The notes beneath the pieces are model-generated. The model ran no database searches. It saw only the letters and a program-made list of their open reading frames with translations, and was not told the origin of the DNA. A program made the translations under genes and the position numbers. A stretch of 15,373 nt of DNA from Azolla caroliniana (lineage: Eukaryota > Plantae > Polypodiophyta), in assembly GCA_043228905.1 (NCBI GenBank), contig JBHGNT010000801.1, positions 1 through 15,373 on the forward strand, given 5' to 3'. Positions 1 through 8,935 of this stretch are shown here, piece by piece; the first letter of the stretch is position 1; every line of letters begins with the position of its first letter.

Positions 1-325
1 AAATTGATTCATAGTAAGTCGCCAAACCCAACAATATCACATATGTTTGAAAACAACACATCCAAAAGTTCTCTAGTATGATTGTATGCTTGAATTTGAT
101 GTAATCCAACTTTGTGGAGTATCAAATACGTGAATAGGTTGTCTTACCTTGCCATCTCAACACTTTTGTGTCCACCACACCTTGTGCAATCCCAATCCAA
201 GTCATTTTATTATAAACAATTTAAGAAAAATATTAACATTCTTTCTTATCCTGCACAATTGTACGATATGATTTTTACAAACCTCATCACTTCTTATGTT
301 ATCTTTTTGAAGAATCTTAACTTAG

Positions 326-796
326 CTTTCAATTAAAATAAAATACAGATTATCATGTTTGTGACAATTCAGATTCATGATGTCACGCTAGACCTTTTTA
401 GGACATGCATAGAGGAAGGTTTCATATTATGAACAAGTTTCATACAACAAACACTCTTTCACTAAGTGCTAAGCCAACCCCACTTTCAATTAAAATAAAA
501 TACAGATTATCATGTTTGTGACAATTCAGATTCATGATGTCACGCTCGACCTCTTTAGGACATGCATAGAGGAAGGTTTCATATTATGAACAAGTTTCAT
601 ACAACAAACACTCTTTCACTAAGTGCTAAGCCAACCCCACTTTCAATTAAAATAAAATACAGATTATCATGTTTGTGACAATTCAGATTCATGATGTCAC
701 GCTAGACCTCTTTAGGACATGCATAGAGGAAGGTTTCATATTATGAACAAGTTTCATACAACAAACACTCTTTCACTAAGTGCTAAGCCAACCCCA
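326..796. repeat. Tandem repeat, 3 x 157 bp, near-identical
   Basis: Units begin CTTTCAATTAAAATAAAATACAG at 326, 483 and 640. The only differences I see are in GCTAGACCTTTTTA / GCTCGACCTCTTTA / GCTAGACCTCTTTA. Confidence 0.97.
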
Positions 797-1054
797 TTCA
801 AAGATGATGGGAAAGCAATGGGTGCCATGTTCTTTGCTTTGTTCACCATAATATACCTATCTACATATTAGAAAGATAAATGGATTAAAAGGGACATTGC
901 TAAAGCATATGGAACACATGGATATGTGAAAAGAGGAAGTATAGATTTGAGGTTTTTTGCAAACAATGTAGAAGATTGAGAAACAACTAAATCTACTTAC
1001 TCAATTACCATGGCCATTTCATGATCATGAAGAGCAAAAATGATTGGAGATACA

Positions 1055-1549
1055 ACCATATTTCAAAAACGGGTGATTTGGTTGACCAATTGGTTGGTAC
1101 GACAGGTCAATTCATGATCATGAACAAACAAAAATACGATATACAGGAACCCTTTGTTGATAGCCATTTGAAGGAGCCAAAGCAATTTCTAATACCCTAA
1201 CGAAAAGATTTTATAATTATACCATATTTCAAAAACCGGTGATTTTGTTAACCAATTTCTTGGTATGACAGGTCAATTCATGATCATGAACAAACAAAAA
1301 TACGATATACAGGAACCCTTTGTTGATAGCCATTCGAAGGAGCCAAAGCAATTTCTAATACCCTAACGAAAAGAGTTTATAATTATACCATATTTCAAAA
1401 ACGGATGATTTTATTGACCAGTTGCTTGGAATGACAGGTCAATTCATGATCATGAACGAACAAAAATACAAAATATGGGAACCCTTGGTTGATAGCCATT
1501 CAAAGGAACCAAAGCAATTTCTAATACCCTAACGGAAAGAGTTTATAAT
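1055..1549. repeat. Tandem repeat, ~3 x 166 bp, moderately diverged
   Basis: ACCATATTTCAAAAA at 1055, 1221 and 1387; TTCATGATCATGAA at 1111, 1277 and 1443, plus an orphan copy at 1018. Confidence 0.95.
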
Positions 1550-2135
1550 CCTTCATGGACTTGATGCTTCAACCTCAAATCTTTTATTTCCACTAGTTAA
1601 AGAATCAACAGACAAAAAAAAGCCTAAACCATCCATCCTGAAGACACAATTTGGCTTCTCAATATCACGTCATTTAAACCTTACCTCAGTTTCAACAGCA
1701 TCTCTTAGATATAAGATAGCTCATAGAAAGGAACCAAGTTCATGTTGCAAATGGAAGTTCATAAAACAAGCAGCAATCAGAAAAGATGTATACAAAGCTG
1801 ATCATTTATCAATTATAAGTTCTTGAAGGCTGTTCTCTAACATTCTCAACCACAAAAATATTTAGTAAATAAAGCTTCAGAAAAGGAGATGAGGAGACAA
1901 ACTTAGAATGTCAAAGTCTTATATGTGTATTTGACGGTGTTGCACAAGGATTCAGATGAATTCAACCTCTTTCAATGAAATTCAATATATGTAGGAGCTC
2001 TTTCAATGATACATAAAATTACAAAAGAAAATTGGCTTAATATCTGAAAGGAGATCTTTCAATGATACATAAATTACACAAGAATTTTGTGCTACCTTCT
2101 GCCTTGCTGATGTAGCTGTAATCTTAGTCTTAGAA

Positions 2136-2319
2136 CTAGAAATCCGCTTTGCCAGGATAACGAGGGAATGGAATGCTATCACGGATGTTCTCTAGTCCCG
2201 TGGCAAAGAGGATCATTCTCTCAAAGCCAAGTCCAAATCCAGCATGTTTAACCGATCCATAATTGCGTAAATCTAGATACCAATCATAAGGTTCTAATGG
2301 TAATCCCATCTCGCCCAAT
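2136..2319 (-). CDS. SYNC1: AsnRS coding exon 8 (LGEMGL...PGKADF*)
   Basis: Motif 3 [19 protein letters not shown]; acceptor TTTGCAAG|; TAG stop at 2138-2136. Confidence 0.94.
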
Positions 2320-5300
2320 CTTGCAAAGAAGAATATTTTATATTGCAAATGTTAGTATTGAACAATTGCTAGAGGTACAAATCTTAAAACACAAACACTG
2401 CTTTTCATTTACCTCCTTTCCAAGACTTCGACACGATCCTCTCTCTGACTTCCCCCTACTAATTCACCAACCTTTTGACAAACCAAGACAATATGAGTTA
2501 AGTTACTAATCATTTGAGGCCCAAGGATATAATCCTTAGAATCATTACATAACTCTTGGATGCATCGTCAAATCCTCATAAAACACCAGGGATGTCTTGT
2601 CTAACCTAAATCATCATGAAAGTTCAGTTCACTTCAAATAAAGTGATATCCAAGAGATTCAACACTTAAAATCAATCCACTTCTCTAACCAAAACCATCG
2701 CAAAGCTTTAAATGTACTACCATTGAGCACTTGGGACTCACAATATCCAGCAACTAAACCCAACTTGTGTCATATGAAATGGTTCTATGTGATTCAGGAT
2801 TCATTTTAAATACACTCTCCTAGATGTCATTTACTGAATGATCATTCTATAGTTAAATACGCAACAAAAACTAGACTTGTGACCTACCTTCTATGGTTAG
2901 AGTACATACCTTGGGCACGAGCACATCCATAGCAGCAACTGTTTTTCCATCATCATTAAGGCGCATGTAGAAAGCTTTAATATCCTTGGGATAATTGTAT
3001 ACTATCACAGGTTTTTTATATACCTCTTCAGTCAAATATCTGCAAGAAGATGATTCTTATTATCTAGTCATCAAGACCATCTGAAGCAATCAAGTTAAAA
3101 ATTCTGGAGCTCTAAAACATATTGGATTAAATGTGCTTAACCTATAGTACTATTATAGTTTTCATATGCAGTGCATCAAGAACAACCACAAATGAAAAGA
3201 AAACCTATCAATATAATAAGGGTAACATGGATTTTCCTTCAGTAACCAGAAATATTTGTATTAATTATCTAAAATGCATGTGATATAGCACAGGGGTACG
3301 TGTACAGTACCTTTCATGTTCAGATGCCAAGTCTATACCCCACTTAACTTCATTGTCGAATGTTTTATCTGTCACCTGTTGGTGGATCAAAACTTCTAAA
3401 CATTGTCCCCCCTATTTCATGAAATAATAGAAAGAAAAAGTGATATTTGATATTGAACCTTTTCCAATATTTCTATTGCCTCGGTGTACGTGATCCTTGC
3501 AAATGGGGTTGTAGCTACAAGACGAAGTCGGTCAATGGCTGTTTTATCAAATGTTTTGGACATGAATTCCATGTCAGCAGCACAGTTCTCAAGCAGCCAA
3601 GTACATAAGAACTTTATACAGTCCTCTGCACAATTCATATCATCCTGAAAGAGTACCAGATCAATCAACATACAAATGGTTCTAACTCAAGCTTTCAAAG
3701 TATCCACCTCAAGCTTAAAAAGAAATTTAAAAGAACCAAAAGATCCTTTTATTTCACCTCAAGATCAGCAAAAGCAATTTCAGGTTCTACCATCCAAAAC
3801 TCTGCTAAATGTCGAGTTGTATGAGAATTCTCTGCCCTGAATGTAGGCCCAAATGTGTAAACATTGCTAAGTCCACATGCATAAGTTTCCACCTGAAGTT
3901 GCCCAGAGACTGTCAAAAAAGCTTGTCTAGCGAAAAAATCAGCTGAATAATCAATAGACCCATCATCCTTCTTTGGCATGCCAGGTTTAAACTTTGCTCT
4001 AGCTTCTAGTTGTGCCAACAGCGCTTTTGCTTGATTGAGCTCTTGTAGACATATGGTTAAAGCATCCTTGTCACCAGCATTCTTCGCTTCCTTTACAGCC
4101 TCTCCTTTAGAGGAAACATCATTCTTGGCTGATTCAAGCTCAGTATCTGACGGTGGAGGATTGGCCTTTGCTTCCTTATCTCTTCTCTCTGCCTCACCAA
4201 ACAATGTTGTCACCTGAAACATCTCCCCTGCACCTTCGCAGTCGCTTGTAGTTATTATTGGTGTGTGCACATATAAAAAGTCGTTACGTTGGAAAAATGT
4301 ATGGATTGCATAGGCAAGGGCATTTCGAATTCTTGCAACTGCAGCTATCTGGATATCATGAAGATAAATGACATTACAAACAATGATTAGCTTGGAAGCT
4401 TTGTATGAGGAATATATTTCTACACATAGACTTACTGTGTTTGTTCGGGAACGCAAATGCAAATGATTGCGGAGATACTCTAATGGGAGTTTAGTTTTCG
4501 CAATTGGATATGTCGAAGGATGGCAAGGTCCTATTTCCAAAATCTTGGAAACCTTGAATTCCACCTTTTGCTTTGTTCCTTCAGGTGGCTTTTTAAGCTC
4601 ACCTTCAACAAGAACGCTTGTTCCCGTTGGGGTAAGTTGCTGAAGGGAGGCAGTAGTTGCATCAACTATAACCTGCATAACGCATTGCATTATTTTATCT
4701 CGATTCATTTCATGTGTTTACCAACTAGAAAAGCTCTTCCAAGAAGCCTTAGGAGAACATAGGAAAAGACACGTCATTGGGCATTTAATAAACTGTTTCT
4801 GATTCATGCACAAAATGTTGGTACTTTTGGCATATTCACAGTTGAGACTTTTCATTTCGGACAATGTAAAATGCATGAAATACAACAACACCATAGATGA
4901 TGATGAATCTTCAAGAGAAGAATATATTATTAACCTGAAGATTAGCGACTCAAAACACATTTCAGAAAGGAGGATCCAATATCCTAACAATTGGTGAAGT
5001 AGGATCACAAATTGACTTAAAAGATTTCCCTTTTTCTAGAAGCTCCATAGAAATATGCATTCAAAATAACCTCATATCTTGTTTGAAACAGACAGTTCAT
5101 GGATTTTGCACTATAATGACGAAGCTTTAATAGAAAGAAGCTGAAGCAAGCAAAGAGAAATCCATAATTTACCTAAAAATTATATCAAAGCTGAATCATG
5201 TGTGTAGATCAAAGTGAAAACTTCATTTCTGATCAACAAATTTATGTAATTTCACACTAAAGATGATGGTGATTCCTTACTGGTTCAACAAATTAATGAA

Positions 5301-5363
5301 GCTTAATGCCATAGCTGATGATCCATCATTCGCTCAACAAATTGATGGAACACATTATTATAT

Positions 5364-5403
<40 letters not shown>

Positions 5404-5787
5404 CCCATCATTGATTCAACAAATTACTGCAACTTAACACCATATACGATGACAATAACAATGATGATGATGACCCATCATTGACTCAGAAAATTCATGG
5501 GACTTTACACCATACATGATGATTCTGATGATCATTCACAAGAAAAAAGATCTCACCTGCAGATTTGCAATGCAGGATCCATCATTGACCTCCAGAAAAG
5601 CAAAGCTTCCTTTCCCTTGCTCACGCCCTGTCTTGACCCATCCTCCAATGACCAAGACTTGACCCACAAGACCAAGTCCTCCATCCTCACGCTCTAGAAT
5701 AGATTTGATGATTACTCTCTTTGAATATTTTGCCTTCTCCACAGAAGAGGATGAAGATGGAAAAACGACACTATGATCATCTCCCAT
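2136..5787 (-). CDS. SYNC1: Cytosolic asparagine--tRNA ligase (class IIb AsnRS, plant SYNC1/SYNC3 type), 8 coding exons, 560 aa
   Basis: All 7 coding introns are GT..AG and exon lengths 231+237+591+186+65+130+59+184 sum to 1683 nt, open from ATG to TAG. OB-fold [18 protein letters not shown], motif 1 [25 protein letters not shown], motif 2 [26 protein letters not shown], motif 3 [11 protein letters not shown]-terminal IPFPRYPG. No transit peptide. The exact paralogue assignment is less certain than the AsnRS call. Confidence 0.96.
2413..2471 (-). CDS. SYNC1: AsnRS coding exon 7 ([20 protein letters not shown])
   Basis: Hand-translated GEL.GGSQRE motif; acceptor CAAAAG|, donor AG|GTAAAT; 59 nt. 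Confidence 0.92.
2910..3039 (-). CDS. SYNC1: AsnRS coding exon 6 ([43 protein letters not shown])
   Basis: Hand-translated conserved YP..IKAFYMR and VAAMDVLVP; acceptor TTGCAG|, donor AAG|GTATGT; 130 nt. Confidence 0.94.
3311..3375 (-). CDS. SYNC1: AsnRS coding exon 5 ([22 protein letters not shown])
   Basis: Not in the ORF track; hand-translated conserved [11 protein letters not shown]; acceptor AACAG|, donor AG|GTACTG; 65 nt. Confidence 0.92.
3459..3644 (-). CDS. SYNC1: AsnRS coding exon 4 (DDMNCAE...EILEK)
   Basis: Acceptor CTTTCAG|, donor AAG|GTTCAA; 186 nt. Confidence 0.9.
3758..4348 (-). CDS. SYNC1: AsnRS coding exon 3 (IAAVAR...FADLE) with motifs 1 and 2 and the WHEP-like insertion
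   Basis: Acceptor TCCAG|, donor GAG|GTGAAA; 591 nt. Confidence 0.94.
4436..4672 (-). CDS. SYNC1: AsnRS coding exon 2 (VIVDA...RSRTNT)
   Basis: Acceptor TTATGCAG|, donor ACA|GTAAGT; 237 nt. Confidence 0.92.
5364..5403. repeat. (ATG)13 microsatellite in AsnRS coding intron 1
   Basis: Perfect trinucleotide run inside a degenerate minisatellite (~5230-5530). Confidence 0.97.
5557..5787 (-). CDS. SYNC1: AsnRS coding exon 1 (MGDDHS...IANLQ)
   Basis: ATG at 5787 in context GCAATGG; donor CAG|GTGAGA; 231 nt, phase 0. Confidence 0.92.
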
Positions 5788-5800
5788 TGCCGTAAAAAAC

Positions 5801-6168
5801 CTATCAACATAAAAAACAACTAATGAAATAAACCATTGCAGAAATGAGAGATTTTTTGCAGCTTCTTCATATACAAAGTGAAAGATTTTTCGCACAATAA
5901 AAAAGAGATTAATTGAGCAGATTTTTAAGATTCTTTTGCAGAAAATGAAGGATTCTTTCGGAAACTTCTTTGCAGTAGAAAATAAAGATTTTCTTTGCAC
6001 AATCTTCGCAAATGGATACCAAAAAATTATTGGAAGAAAAAATAAAAGATTCTGTTGCAGATGCGTACATGGGATTAAATAACAAATCATTTGCAGAGAT
6101 GAAGTGTAAAGGAGGAAGAAGGAGACAGAGAGATTAAATTCTGCAAAAAAATGATTCAGGATTCATAC
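5801..6168 (-). other. Probable 5'UTR (leader) intron of AsnRS, 368 nt
   Basis: Donor GAG|GTATGA at 6168; T-rich acceptor TTTTTTATGTTGATAG| at 5801, 13 nt before the ATG; lies just downstream of the telo-box cluster. Confidence 0.7.
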
Positions 6169-6235
6169 CTCTGCTGTTTGTGTTGTCTTATTTCAGCAAC
6201 AGAGGGGGGGATGGAGGGGCTCTGTTTCCCAGACG

Positions 6236-6372
6236 AAACCCTAATTCTGCCACACAGAGGAGGATTTTGGGAAACCCTAAACTAGGAGCTTAATTCTTCG
6301 CGGGTTGTGAATAGTGTGTTAGGGAAACCCAGAATTAGGCCTCTAATTCCTCTGAAATTACAGATATGGGCC
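6236..6372 (-). promoter_or_regulatory. AsnRS promoter/TSS region with two telo-boxes and a site II element
   Basis: AAACCCTAA at 6236-6244 and 6272-6280, partial TTAGGG at 6319-6324, TGGGCC at 6367-6372. Telo-box plus site II is the known module of plant translation-machinery genes. Confidence 0.8.
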
Positions 6373-8430
6373 TCCACCATCCAAAATGTGATCACAAAAA
6401 ATTTGACCATACCAATATAATTCTGTTGCGTGCGCAGTACGAATCAATTGAACTGAGTCGTGAATTATTTAATGCCATAAGATAGTAATTATAAAACAGA
6501 GCGGAATCTTGCAATACATAATATATATGTGTAGTGCAAATCGGTGAGCTGGACAACTAAAGAATGGGAGAGATGATTCTTCTATATACAAGCAGTATAT
6601 GTCGCGAAGTATGAACTCTCTCCATGAGAAATGACTCGTAGTATGTCAATTGAGAATATATGGAAGTTGGCATCTCCCTGTATTAAATTAGCACCATTCT
6701 GGCACTGCAAAAAAGCCAGAACCATAGTGGTTCTGAGAGTAAAAGGTCTCACTTATTATAATACTACACTACACTACCATACAAAAATATGATATACCTT
6801 TCCTTGTCCAGGATTCACCTCCTAAAGTGTCTGGACTTTAAAAGTACTCCAAAACACCATTTGAAACAATCCCACTTTGTTGGGGGGTATAAAGAACGTG
6901 CATAAAAGAGTGCCTCAATTTGCTAAATTGGTGAACAAGATAGAGCACTCTACTTTGTCCATGAAATAAGAAGCGATCTAGAGTTGCCAATTATATCACA
7001 TTCCCTAATATGCAAAAAAAGAAAGAAAAAAAGAAGTCAACTCATGAAAGCGCAATGGCAATTTATTATCAACATGACATGATCCCCCCATCGGGACACG
7101 ATCATTATAACATTGGTTTGATCATGTTTTGGACTACAACAATTGATTTATTTGAAGCGGCTACGTTCATTTTAGAAAAGCATGTGCTTGAACAAGGCTT
7201 AATATCACTCCCTCTCATAGCTAGCCTCAGATAGGATCATTGCATATCACTAATCAAAATCCAAGTTAGTAATTTAATCCACTCTTGCAATTAAGCATTG
7301 CATAAGCCTGTGCTTGATGAATTGACCAATGGCAAGCAAGCCACCCAACGTGATCCCCCAAAATAAATACTATCCCTCAAAACAAAGAATGGGAATGACA
7401 AGTTGCATCGAGAACTCTCTACCGTTACTAAGCAAGTCTAAGCAACGTGCCATACATCATGACCTTGACAAACCAAGATTTATTTGCAATAAAGTTTGAT
7501 GATATCATTACACTACGCATGAAGAAGAGGTATATAATGGTGAAATAACCAAATTATCCATAGTGAGGTCCATCTAATTGTTATCTAGAGGCAAGATGAC
7601 TCACTTTAATGTTAGTAGATTAGGGTCTTAAAGTGCTCTTTCCATCCCAGCTTTCAGAAAGGGTGGGGGGAAGACTCTCGTACCTCCAAACAAAGGGATT
7701 TATAGAAGTGAGTCTCCATCATATTTCATTCACTATCAATACATATTACTGTAGCTTTTACCTTTGCCTTTTACTCTCATTATTTACATGTATATTATTG
7801 CAAGAACAACTTCAAATAAAAAGAATCCATTAATGAACATGATGGATTTGAACATTGAATTTTGCTTGGATCATGTTGTAAACTTTTATTTTTATATTGC
7901 TAAAACTGCAAACTCAATGAAAAAGGTATTGTTTAAAGAAGTAAGGAGTCTCAAAGTTTGCTAAATCTTCCTAGGAGTATATTTCCAATATATGCCCATT
8001 GCCCATTGTTTAACCGAGAATGATAACCAAAGAAACTTAGTGATATTCCAAGCTATGTCATTGAATTCATGATAGCATGAAGAAAACATTGTTTAGTGTC
8101 ACTCACTTTTCAATGTGCAAATATGTTTTTAAGTATTAGTTGCTTTCCAATGAGGGGAGCATTTGCAATCCTAATGTGATAATTGCATTGTCTTTAGACG
8201 TGCATTGAATGTTTATTGTCAGATGAGAATCAAGCCTAAGTATGACAATGTGTCCACATATCCTCAATCTATGTAGTTCAAGTAATAATCAACATGTGAC
8301 TCCATTGTTCTTTCTCTAATGGAGGGGGCATGATGCATTAGGAGGGGTATGTTTGTCTTAAGCAACATTTGCATTGAATACATTCGCCTTTGGGTTGTGG
8401 ATCGAGTTCAAAGAATGTTTTCAGTAGTAG

Positions 8431-8471
8431 TATAGTGCAATGGGGATGGACTATAGTGCAATGGGGATGGA
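8431..8471. repeat. Direct duplication, 21-bp period (TATAGTGCAATGGGGATGGA x2)
   Basis: Identical 20-mers at 8431 and 8452. Confidence 0.92.
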
Positions 8472-8935
8472 TTATGGGGGTTCTGTGGATATATATTTGG
8501 GCACCTGTGTCTCAGTTAAAAGTAGCAGGAGTAAGTAATCTTTTTGTCAAGTGTTGTTGGATGGCCGCGATGAATGGGTGTCCAAATTCTCATGTCCATT
8601 GTCACTAGTAACTAAGCAAAGTCCATGTGGTCCCATCTTGTTCACATGAATGAACGTGCAAGGTTGTGGGCGAATTCCATGGCCATGGCCACCACCATCA
8701 CCATCACCATCTTCTTCTCCTTTTCCTTCCTCTGTTTCAATAGTCCGTGGCACAAGTCTAGATCTCAGAAATTCATCAATCAGAAGATATTTTTGCTGAA
8801 GGTAAGCCTCCCCCATTATTAAACACACCTGCATTCCATGGATTCTCATCTCATCTTTTCAAGTCTGCATTGATCACCCACAAATCCATTGAAGTGAAGG
8901 AACTCTAGAGAGGCAGAGGAATAAGATATATATAT

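Noticed and set aside
326-1549. Arrays as CRISPR or snoRNA clusters
   Set aside because: Whole units repeat with no unique spacers, the context is eukaryotic, and I see no properly placed C/D or H/ACA boxes.
2172-2440. Deviations from the AsnRS consensus (REDR for REER; RDSIP for RDVIP) as signs of pseudogenisation or editing
   Set aside because: The frame, splice sites and catalytic motifs are intact, and the changes are not C-to-U correctable.
4673-4708. [12 protein letters not shown] as the start of the 319-aa ORF
   Set aside because: It is the 3' end of intron 1; the OB-fold N-terminal half is in exon 5787-5557.
5345-5437. Antisense mini-ORF MEHIIIY(D)13[10 protein letters not shown], and nearby DDNNNDDDD codons, as an Asp/Asn-sensing leader peptide
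   Set aside because: It is antisense and intronic, and fully explained by the (GAT)n microsatellite. Nothing indicates transcription.
5788-6090. N-terminal extension of ORF 5536-6090 as an organellar transit peptide
   Set aside because: The sequence is F/I/K-rich low complexity from a non-ATG start, lies within the predicted leader intron, and does not have transit-peptide composition.
6400-8400. Short ORFs (7010, 7633, 7764) and a faint RT-like 'EWIKLL' on the minus strand; bidirectional promoter idea
   Set aside because: No coherent domain, TIR or LTR found. The two gene starts are ~2.4 kb apart, too far to argue a shared core promoter from sequence alone.
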